Shown here piece after piece: positions 27,700-37,200 of a stretch of 60,448 bases of DNA. Origin of the DNA: a virus (lineage: Duplodnaviria > Caudoviricetes); IMG/VR virus record IMGVR_UViG_3300021479_000021, positions 1 to 60,448 of that record; one strand, written 5' to 3'. The number at the start of each line of letters is the position of its first letter. Position 1 is the first letter of the stretch. Below the pieces are notes generated by a model. It was not told where the DNA came from and ran no database searches. It saw nothing but the letters and a program-made list of their open reading frames with translations. The translations under genes and the position numbers were made by a program.

Positions 27700-29928
27700 T
27701 TAATAACCGTTAAACTGATTACTGGAAGGGTTATTAAATGGATTATTTAATGCTTTAGCATAAGAAGCTAAATCATTAAAAGGTCCTAGTTTAATATTAT
27801 ATTTAGATGATTTGTTTACTCTGTTTACAGAATTATTACCTCTTAAAGCAGAGAATAATGATGAGTAGTCAGCCGTACTTATATTAGGATTATTACTTAA
27901 TCTCTCTTCTATTTCATTCAAAATATATGGTGTTTCTGAAAGTAAACTATCACATAAATTATGGAAGGTACTATTCTCAAAAGCTGTTGATAAATTAACA
28001 ATGGACATAACTATATCATCATGTCCTGATTCAGCAGCAAACTGAACACTACCAGCTTTACTTTCCTTTTTAATAAATGTAGACACTTCATGTAGAGTGT
28101 TTTCTTCATGTACAACAATATCAGAAAGTTTCATCCTTTTCTGGTAACTCTTAACAAGGGATTCTTTATTAAGATTGACTTTTAAACCAATACTTTTTTC
28201 TACAGCATCAGCTCTATGTTTGTATCTAAAAAAGACATGACTACTGTATTGATTTCTTCCAAGGAATAAATCTTTAATCTTAGTAGTCATTTCCGAACCA
28301 CCACTATTAAGCTCTAAAACAGCACCTACTTTATCAGGATTAAAAATTTCAAAAGCTATAAGATAAAATAATTCAGTTATTTCAGGCACAGAAATCATAT
28401 TACTTCTATAAAGTCCTATTTGTTCCATATAAAAGAAATCATAAAAATTATCTGGTCTTGTAGGCCATAAATCTTTAGGTTTTATCATTAATCTAAATAT
28501 ATTAAGTACAGAAAAATCTTGTCCTATACCAGTACCAAGATCTATTGAAAAAACAATATGATAATTTTTTATATTAGCTAAAGAAAATAAATTAGGTCTA
28601 TCCTTTATAAATGTTAATCCTGAATAATCTATCATTGTTCTTTGATCAAGTGTAGGTATTTTTAAATGTTCAAAATCAATTTTTCCATTAATGATTTTAT
28701 CCATGAACTGAGCATCAAATATCATTTTATTTCCAGCAAGGAATTGTAACCCGTACTCTTGATTAAATGAGTCTTCTGAACCAATATCAGCTATAGCATC
28801 TTCTTTCCAAGAAGATATATCAGCAATTTCTAACAATCTATATTTTTCTTCACCTCTTTCAAATGTACATTCTCTGAAATAATCTGAAACAGTATTATCA
28901 CCATCTTTTGATACATACGTTTCATTAAACCAGAAAGGTAAATCTTCATACCTATTCAGTATGTGAACAACACTATTACCTTTTAAATAATCATATTTTA
29001 AATTGGCTTTGAAACCTAAATTATTAACCCAATTTAAAATCTCTTCTGCTTTAATATTATATTTAGCACATATATTTTCATCTAATTTTAAATAAGTAAC
29101 AAATCTTCCAGGAACCTGATACCAATAAACTCTTTTAGCATTAAAGTTATTTTTTTTCTTGTCACCAACAGGGCGTTCAGCGTCTTGTAACAATTGGTGG
29201 AATAGATTTAGACCTCGGGGAGTACTTGTAATTATTATTTTAGAATTCTCAAATGAACTTACTGTTGGGTATGTTGTACGATAAAAATCCTCTTGAATAC
29301 TATTATCTACCAAACCAAACTCGTCCATATACAGAATATTTACACTACTTGAGGCCGAACTTGTCGCTGACGCTGAAAGTGTTTTTAGTCTGTTATTATT
29401 GTCGCTAAAAGTTATACTACCCTTTGCCCAGTTATTAACACCAGGTTTTAAAAACATAGGCAATCCAGTATAAATCTCTTTAAATTTAAAAACTATTTCA
29501 GCGATAGTTGTATGTAAGTTAGCGACAATTAAAATATTTCTATTGTTCTCAAAAATACAAGCATGTAATAAAAATATACAAGCTGTTACAGTTTTTGAAG
29601 ATTGCCTGGAAGCCATTATGATGTTGAACCTATTATCAACAAACATATCCAAAATTTCTGCTTGAAAATCCCGTAAAATAATATTTCCGATTGAGCTGTC
29701 TTCTTTTCTTAATAAACAATATGTCTCAGCAAAATATTTAACATCAAATTTACATTTGGTATATTCCATTAATTCCTCTTCTGTGAAATCAAACACCAAA
29801 CCCTCCTTTTTAACAAAAGGCATATTTTTATACCAATATTTTTCATGTCTTGGTATAACAAAACCTCTATCTAACCTATCAGCTATTTCTTTTATTTTTT
29901 CTGTACTAAAAGTTATTTGTTTAGACAT
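27700..29928 (-). CDS. terL: terminase large subunit (T4 gp17-like)
   Basis: LRDFQ, SRQSSKT, YMDEFG, ITSTPRG, FNQEY, IDLGTGIGQDFS, GHDDIVMS. Confidence 0.93.
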   Translation of the reverse strand: MSKQITFSTEKIKEIADRLDRGFVIPRHEKYWYKNMPFVKKEGLVFDFTEEELMEYTKCKFDVKYFAETYCLLRKEDSSIGNIILRDFQAEILDMFVDNRFNIIMASRQSSKTVTACIFLLHACIFENNRNILIVANLHTTIAEIVFKFKEIYTGLPMFLKPGVNNWAKGSITFSDNNNRLKTLSASATSSASSSVNILYMDEFGLVDNSIQEDFYRTTYPTVSSFENSKIIITSTPRGLNLFHQLLQDAERPVGDKKKNNFNAKRVYWYQVPGRFVTYLKLDENICAKYNIKAEEILNWVNNLGFKANLKYDYLKGNSVVHILNRYEDLPFWFNETYVSKDGDNTVSDYFRECTFERGEEKYRLLEIADISSWKEDAIADIGSEDSFNQEYGLQFLAGNKMIFDAQFMDKIINGKIDFEHLKIPTLDQRTMIDYSGLTFIKDRPNLFSLANIKNYHIVFSIDLGTGIGQDFSVLNIFRLMIKPKDLWPTRPDNFYDFFYMEQIGLYRSNMISVPEITELFYLIAFEIFNPDKVGAVLELNSGGSEMTTKIKDLFLGRNQYSSHVFFRYKHRADAVEKSIGLKVNLNKESLVKSYQKRMKLSDIVVHEENTLHEVSTFIKKESKAGSVQFAAESGHDDIVMSIVNLSTAFENSTFHNLCDSLLSETPYILNEIEERLSNNPNISTADYSSLFSALRGNNSVNRVNKSSKYNIKLGPFNDLASYAKALNNPFNNPSSNQFNGY

Positions 29929-31414
29929 TAATAGAAATTATATTTTTAAAATATTCGAATATTTTATCCTCTATATTTTCATTATATTTTATCCTCAACA
30001 AACCAATACCCTTATTTTTACAATATTCATTCTTTATAAAATCACGATGTTGATTATTTTTAAAAGCCTTTTGACCACCAAATATCTCAACTGATTTATA
30101 GTGTTGTTGACCATCATATTCTATAGCTACATTTAAAGAAGGTATATAAAAATCAAATATTAAAGGTCTTTTATTTCTACAATCAGAGAATTTATGTTGT
30201 TTAATAAACTCTACACCTAATTTCTTCAAAACTTTTTCAGATATTTTTTCACCCTTTGAATTTTTGCAATTAGGACAACCACTTCCTCTTAGGTGTCCAA
30301 TAGGCGTTTGTTTAAATTCCCCATGTTTGGGACAAACAATTATAACATTTTTTTTATTACCAACATATTCTACTTTATCATAAGAAAATAAATCACCATG
30401 AACTTTTCTAGCACCAGCAATAAATTCTTCTATTGGTTTAGGTTTTGGTTTCGGTGTACAGTTACTACAACCATATTTTCTACTTGTGTGTTTATTTGGA
30501 CTCTGTAAAAATTTCCCATGTATAGGACATATAATAATCACTTTTTTTATAGAACTAACATATTCTACTTTACTATAATCATATTTATTCTTATGTATAA
30601 TATTTGCTTCTTCTATAAATAATTCTGTTGGTTTCTTAAAATTAGTATTACAATATGTACAACCACAACCTCTCAAATGACTATTTGGAATTTGTTGAAA
30701 AATATTATTACAAGTATTACATTTTATGGATACTTTCTTTCTACTTTTTTTATAATCAACTAAACTATAATCATATTTTAATCCATGTTTATCAATAGCC
30801 TTTTTAATAAAAGTTTCGGTGTTTGATGTTTTTGTTTCATTTCTTCTCTCACAACCACATTTATTACAACCATATCCTTTTATAAGAGCACTTGGTTTAA
30901 TTAAAAAATTACCGTGCTTTTCACATTTCAATACAATCTTAGTTTTAAGATCAACAAAATTGATATTAGAGTAATCATATTTACTATTTACTATTTTTAC
31001 CTTTTCAAGAAAAGTATCTTTTGTATACTTTACATTTTTTGCACATTTTGGACAATTATATTTTAAATGTCCCTCAATTGTTTGTTTAAAATACCCGTGA
31101 ATTTCACAACCAATTTCAACTTTAGTTTTACTGTTTATAATGTAAACCCTACTATAATCATATAAATCACCATGAACTTTATAAGCCCTTCTCAAAAATT
31201 CTTCTTTATCAATTTTTTTGTTACCAGAACAAGCAGGACATCCTTGACCTCTCAAAAAATTGGATGGTTTAGACATAAAAGAACCATGCTCTTTACATAT
31301 AATTTCAACCTTAGTTCTATTATTTACATATATAACTTTACTATAGTCAAATTTATCACCAAATTTTTCTTTAGCCTTTTTTATAAAGACTTCTTTTATG
31401 TTACTAATTTCCAT
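29921..31414 (-). CDS. homing endonuclease-like protein: tandem Zn-binding (DUF723-like) repeats + Vsr/PD-(D/E)xK domain
   Basis: six YDYSKV...C..HG.F...GC..C repeats; FDFYIP...IEYDGQQH...D..KN.YC. Confidence 0.85.
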   Translation of the reverse strand: MEISNIKEVFIKKAKEKFGDKFDYSKVIYVNNRTKVEIICKEHGSFMSKPSNFLRGQGCPACSGNKKIDKEEFLRRAYKVHGDLYDYSRVYIINSKTKVEIGCEIHGYFKQTIEGHLKYNCPKCAKNVKYTKDTFLEKVKIVNSKYDYSNINFVDLKTKIVLKCEKHGNFLIKPSALIKGYGCNKCGCERRNETKTSNTETFIKKAIDKHGLKYDYSLVDYKKSRKKVSIKCNTCNNIFQQIPNSHLRGCGCTYCNTNFKKPTELFIEEANIIHKNKYDYSKVEYVSSIKKVIIICPIHGKFLQSPNKHTSRKYGCSNCTPKPKPKPIEEFIAGARKVHGDLFSYDKVEYVGNKKNVIIVCPKHGEFKQTPIGHLRGSGCPNCKNSKGEKISEKVLKKLGVEFIKQHKFSDCRNKRPLIFDFYIPSLNVAIEYDGQQHYKSVEIFGGQKAFKNNQHRDFIKNEYCKNKGIGLLRIKYNENIEDKIFEYFKNIISINV

Positions 31415-31473
31415 AATCTTTTATATATTATATATCAGAATCAACTTTTTCTCAAAGTCCGATATAACTTTAT

Positions 31474-32688
31474 ATGAGTATAAAAAAAGAACATAAATGG
31501 GTTGTAGGTGATAATCGATTTCATCATCCGGACTGGCAAATCGATAGATTGGACTGTTTGAGATTTTATTTAGATGAGAACAAAACCTTCCCCAACAGTT
31601 CCGAGTGGAACGGTGAAAAGGCTATAAGTTTAGATCTTATGTTAGAATTTCTAAACAAAGAAGATTTTGCTATTGTACAACAAAGAAATTTTTCAGCTGG
31701 TATAAGACAAATAATTCTTTGTAAGAAAGGATTAGTGATCAACATATTTTCTTATGCTAAGGATATTGATTATTTCTCAGATGTTCCCGAGTTTATCTCT
31801 ATTAAGAAAAACAGAAAAATAATCGTATCAACACGATTTGAAGTTTTACATGAGGAATTAAACAAACCAAAATTCATTGATAAACTGGTTAAATATTCAA
31901 CATTAAAAGAAAATTCTTCCAGACCAACAGTCAATATAATATCAAAAGATGCTCAAGGTTTCAAACTCGTAGAAGTAATTATTGATACAACCTACAATGG
32001 TGACTTTGATATTCATTATGGAAAAGGTTTCACTAAATTCCATAATACTTTAATAACAAAAATGAATAATACCCACAAAGGTATAGTCATATTTCATGGT
32101 GATCCCGGTACAGGTAAAACTTGTTATATTAGAAATCTTCTTTGCGAATTATCCAAATCCGGTAAGAAGAGAATAATTATATTACCAAACAGTACTATAA
32201 ACTATTTACTAGATCCAGACTTTACTGATTTTATTTTAGAACTTGTAGAAGAAATGAATTACGATGATGAATGGGGTGATGATATAATCAGTTATGGTGA
32301 GCAAAGTATTTTACTTGTTATTGAAGATGCTGAACCAATCTTAATGAAAAGAGATGATATGGTAGGTGGTAATCAAGGAACATCAAATATACTTAATATG
32401 ACCGATGGTATTATGAATGATATATTTGGTTTTCAAGTAATTGCTACCTTTAATACAGATCTTAAAAATATCGATCCTGCTGTACTAAGAAGTAAAAGAC
32501 TCATAGCTAGAAAGACATTCAATAAATTGTCTGTTGAGGAATCTCAAGCTCTTATAGATCATTTGAAAATAGAACATACAGCAACACAAACCTTAAGTGT
32601 AGCTGACATTTATGCTCTTAAAGAAAGTTCAGACAACACAATACTTATTGAGACTATTGAACCAAAACATAATAAGATAGGTCTTTAA
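31474..32688 (+). CDS. AAA+ ATPase
   Basis: HGDPGTGKT, VIEDAE, ILNMTDG, IDPAVLR. Confidence 0.88.
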   Translation: MSIKKEHKWVVGDNRFHHPDWQIDRLDCLRFYLDENKTFPNSSEWNGEKAISLDLMLEFLNKEDFAIVQQRNFSAGIRQIILCKKGLVINIFSYAKDIDYFSDVPEFISIKKNRKIIVSTRFEVLHEELNKPKFIDKLVKYSTLKENSSRPTVNIISKDAQGFKLVEVIIDTTYNGDFDIHYGKGFTKFHNTLITKMNNTHKGIVIFHGDPGTGKTCYIRNLLCELSKSGKKRIIILPNSTINYLLDPDFTDFILELVEEMNYDDEWGDDIISYGEQSILLVIEDAEPILMKRDDMVGGNQGTSNILNMTDGIMNDIFGFQVIATFNTDLKNIDPAVLRSKRLIARKTFNKLSVEESQALIDHLKIEHTATQTLSVADIYALKESSDNTILIETIEPKHNKIGL

Positions 32689-32699
32689 TCTAATATACA

Positions 32700-32734
32700 A
32701 TGCTCACGACATTAATGTCGTGAGCATCTTTTTT
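32700..32734 (+). terminator. intrinsic terminator
   Basis: ATGCTCACGACAT-TA-ATGTCGTGAGCAT followed by a T-run. Confidence 0.8.
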
Positions 32735-32804
32735 ATTTTTAAAAGTATCATTTCTAAAATAACAGTAAACTTTTGATATATAATTCAAAGCTAAAATATT
32801 TATT

Positions 32805-33782
32805 ATGTTACCAAAATATAAACCATTTATTCCACATAAAATGAAAGTAGAAGAAAATATTGAAACTTTAGTCCCACCTTTGACTCCAGGTAGTCCAATT
32901 TTAGGAGAATTACCACAAGGCGAAGTAATACAAACACCAGAAGAAGTTCCCGTTCAGGAACCTTCTTATAAAGTTCTGTTTATTCATGGTGCTTCAGAAA
33001 ATGAAGAGGAAACTTTGGAAGTAGCAGAAGCTCTAAAAGAAAAATTCTCTAACTGTGAAATAAAAGATATTCATCTTTACGAACTTAACATCCAACCTGA
33101 AGAAGCTATTAAAGATGGTATGAGTCAAATATATCAGGCTCTTGAACAAAGTGATGTGATTGTATTAACTATGGATGCTGACAAATCAGATAGTCTTCAA
33201 GCCGTTTTAAAACGTATTATTAATAAGTATGTTGAGAACAAAGGTTTACAATATAAAAGTTTTTGCTCTATTGTAATGGGTGGTGATATAGACACTAAAG
33301 ATGAATTACTTAGTCTGGCCTATTGTCTTGGTATGATTGTTATGCCACAATCGATAATAATAGATTCAAATAGTTTGCCTGATGATATGACTTTACCATC
33401 CACTATATTATCTAATTTAAAAAACAACATAGTAACTACTGATAACGATACAGAAGAAGATATTATTGATTCAAATACTGGAGAACAAGTAGTTGATACA
33501 ACTACTGACGAGTCTGATCCTAATGAAACTTTGGAAGAAGGTGAGGATGAAAACACTGATGATTCTAATAAAGATGATGATACAGATGAATCAGATACTG
33601 ACGATGATAGTAATGATACTGAAGAAGAAAATGAAGAGACTGTCTTCAGTTATGAGGAATGGAAAAAAAGACAACCTTCTGAATCTATTATAGAAGCTAA
33701 AAAAATATTAGATATAAATGATTTTATAGCTCTTTATGAGAAAAAATATACACAACCATTTAATGATGCTGAAATACTTTAA
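32805..33782 (+). CDS. flavodoxin-like (FMN reductase) fold protein with acidic tail
   Basis: KVLFIHGA...IHLYELNIQP...DGMSQIYQALEQSDVIVL; D/E-rich C-terminus. Confidence 0.55.
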   Translation: MLPKYKPFIPHKMKVEENIETLVPPLTPGSPILGELPQGEVIQTPEEVPVQEPSYKVLFIHGASENEEETLEVAEALKEKFSNCEIKDIHLYELNIQPEEAIKDGMSQIYQALEQSDVIVLTMDADKSDSLQAVLKRIINKYVENKGLQYKSFCSIVMGGDIDTKDELLSLAYCLGMIVMPQSIIIDSNSLPDDMTLPSTILSNLKNNIVTTDNDTEEDIIDSNTGEQVVDTTTDESDPNETLEEGEDENTDDSNKDDDTDESDTDDDSNDTEEENEETVFSYEEWKKRQPSESIIEAKKILDINDFIALYEKKYTQPFNDAEIL

Positions 33783-34185
33783 AAGACTAACCGAAATGGT
33801 AGTTGTTGGTTTAGATGAGAAAGTTGATTTTCCTGAATTTAATCTTACCGGCGTAGTAGCAAAAATAGATACTGGGGCCGATGGAACATCTTTACATTGT
33901 GACTATATTCAACAAAAAGATAACTTGATTGAATTTACGCCTTTGGATCCAAGTTATCCACAATACAAAAATCAAAAGATTGAGAAACCTATTCTTGGTA
34001 CTCAAGAAGTGATGAGTTCAAATGGTGAATCTGAAGACAGATTTTTTATTGAAACCACTATCATAATTAAGAATAAAGAATACATCACAAATGTTAGTTT
34101 AACAAATAGAGCTAAGATGAAAACACCGGTTTTAATTGGTAAGAATGTACTTAAAGGTGCATTCCTTGTTAATCCAGCATTATAA
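33763..34185 (+). CDS. retropepsin-like protease of the RimK-associated (PF05618) type
   Basis: AKIDTGADGTSLH, SSNG...R, VSLTNR..MK.PVLIG. Confidence 0.85.
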   Translation: MMLKYFKRLTEMVVVGLDEKVDFPEFNLTGVVAKIDTGADGTSLHCDYIQQKDNLIEFTPLDPSYPQYKNQKIEKPILGTQEVMSSNGESEDRFFIETTIIIKNKEYITNVSLTNRAKMKTPVLIGKNVLKGAFLVNPAL

Positions 34186-34267
34186 AACTTTTTACAATTT
34201 CTGTATATAAATCTATACAGAGTCTCTGTATAAGAATAAATACTTCTTAAAATAGAATAAAATTTAG

Positions 34268-37200
34268 ATGGCAGGAAAATCAGTAATGGGTGGTGTTGTT
34301 ATGCCTTTACCAATAGTTCACTTAGAACTGGTTAACCCTGGGCCTACCATGAAGTTTGTATTCAAGATGTTTAAAGAGAATGGCCAGAATACACCATTAC
34401 TTATTCCATATATTGATAACCCATCAAGTATTCCGGTTCCTGGTATAGTTCAACTCCTTAAAGGGGATCTTGGTATTGCTGAAAAAATATTATCACCACT
34501 ATTACAAACAACATTACCTTTTTTTGCTAACCCTTCTGTTCCAGTATCTGGAACAAATAAACCAGGTTCTTATTCTTTTGGAACAAACAAGAATCTGAAT
34601 GCTAGTCAAAAAAATTATATAGACAGTACTGCCGGAACCAGAGTAGGCTTTAAAAGTTTTGAAATGACAGCTATTCAAGGTATGATGGAATCATTAAAAC
34701 CTTTGATGGAGATTGCATTAATTTTAATGGAACTTCTCGCTGTTATCGAAGATGTTATTTGTAGGAATAAAGCAACATCGATTAAAATTCCTGTAGTTGG
34801 TTGGATAGGTTTCCCATCTAGGAAACCAAAATATACTTATGGTTCATTAAATTATAATTTACAACATTTTAGAAAAGCTTTACAGAATGGTGTTAAAGCC
34901 TTTAATGCTGGTGACACATATCCAGCAATAGCAACAAGTACACCTGGTGGTAGTGCCCAACCACCAGATGACCAAGATCCAACTGGTGCGGATCCAAGAG
35001 ATTCTATTTATCTTGCTTATTTTGATGAAGACGGTAATGTTATAACACCTCCAGCCTGGGTGTTAAATTCTGGTAAATGGGGATTTTCTCCAGCACAGGC
35101 TGATATTGTTACAACAACTGGGGATAATCCAGAGAAAACTGGATTTCCACTTTTATCTGATACAATCATGACTGGTGTTAATCAACTTTACAAATACCAT
35201 TTAACTGTTATTAATCAGACACCTGCTTTAATTGTACAAAGTGATGCTTATGCAGCTAATCTTGATAGTAATACACCACCTACATATGTAAACCAATCTG
35301 ATATATTACAAGCACTCGGTACAGATTTTGATCCGAACAAACATATAAATGAAATAAATGGACAAGTTAATGAGTTACAAAATAATATAAGTGATACGGT
35401 TCGTCAGACTATACTTGGTGAGTATATAAACAAACATTTAAATTCACAATTAAAAAATAGATATATCGAGAAAGTATCTACTGGTCAGATTTTTCAAGCT
35501 AAAGATCTAAATTCTAATACAAACCCAGAAGATAGTAATAGCATTAATATAGTTTATCCAATATTTTCCTCAGTTGTTACTTTAACAGGGGATACAACAT
35601 CATCTACTTTAAGTGCAGAGGTATATGCTGTCCCTAAAGGTGGCACAGCTCAACAACTTACACCATATCCAAATGATTTCCGAATAAAAAATGATAATGG
35701 TAGTTATGTTGAATTAAGACAAAAAAATGATTCTAAAATATATTATGAAAAAATTACTTTAGTAGCAAATTTTCAAACAGTAGATACTATTGATGCTTAT
35801 TTTAATACAAATGCGAATCCAGCTTCTGTACCAGCAGATAAAATTATCGTACCCGAAAATACAACTAAATATAAAAACAATAAAATTCCAGGAATAGTAT
35901 TATCTTATTATTTACCTTTAGTATGGGAGGAAGTTCTTGTATATCAAATACAAAAAAATATTTTAACAACAGATTCTGCTGGTAACGCATCAAAACAAAC
36001 TGTTGTTATAGGAAATGAAACGGATACTATACAACATATAATAGAACCCGAATTAGATTATGAAATAAGACTTATTCAAGTAATAAATTTACCGATAATA
36101 TCAGATGGTTCAATAAATAATTTAGTTGCAGCTTTTCCGAAACCAAATTATTTAGTTGTCTTCAGAGAGGAATTTACCCAATCCAGTGTAATACCTATAC
36201 CGGTAACAAGTGCTGGTAGAATTGATAGACAGCCCTCTACTACAGTAAAACCACCACAAACAAAATATTTACAAATCTCAGAACTTACTTCAGATATACC
36301 AACGATAGCATATGTTGCTATAACTGTTAACGCTGATACCACAACAGATTTAAAAATGTATGACCCAATAGATCATACAATGCTTTTAAGATATATTAAT
36401 GATAACAATTTAGTTGTTGGTAATTATTACTACTTACGATATACTAATACAGAATTTGGTACAGAATCAGCTAATAACAATAATGATAACGGTGAATTTT
36501 ATCAGATAAGATCATTAAAGCAAAATTGGATTAAGGAAACTTTCACATCAAACTTTGATTCAAGAATGAATAATATAACAGGAGTTTTTCCTTCACCTCC
36601 TGTTATGATTGAAACAACAACCAATGATACAGAAACTATATTGTTCGATGCTCCGACACAGTCTATAAGAATACACAAAAGTAAAAACGTTATACCTTCC
36701 TACATAACCGATTCTACACAACCACAATTACAATTTTTGAGTGGTACTATTAATATAGGCATATTTTTCGTTTATAAAATTCAAACCTCTGGAGATTATA
36801 TAATTTACAATATAAATTCTACTTTGAGTTCTACTCTTATAAAATCAGAAAAAATTGCTGCTAATTATTATTTTACAAATGTTAATAGTGGTGTTATGCT
36901 TAATTGGACACCTGCTGTTGTAGCATTTCAGTATCTTGATTCAAATCAAATAGACTTACAAGGTAACTTGAGTGCTTATACGGGTAATATAGAACTTTAC
37001 GGTGTTAAACAATTAAGTGTTATAGATGATATCTTTACAAAGAAAGGTAATACAATATTCTTAGATGGTGTAAACACCGATCAAGATTATAGTAACCAGA
37101 CTAATCCTTTACAAGCTATACAAAAAGCAACTTCTTATTTAGCAAATCTTGATAAAATGATAGATGGTTTTTATACTGTAAATGGTATTAAAACAATAAC

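Noticed and set aside
28811-29103. Intein in terminase
   Set aside because: No N-terminal Cys/Ser block or C-terminal HN motif at the insertion boundaries
29921-31414. Periodic nucleotide similarity as a non-coding repeat array
   Set aside because: Explained by tandem Zn-binding protein domains of the endonuclease
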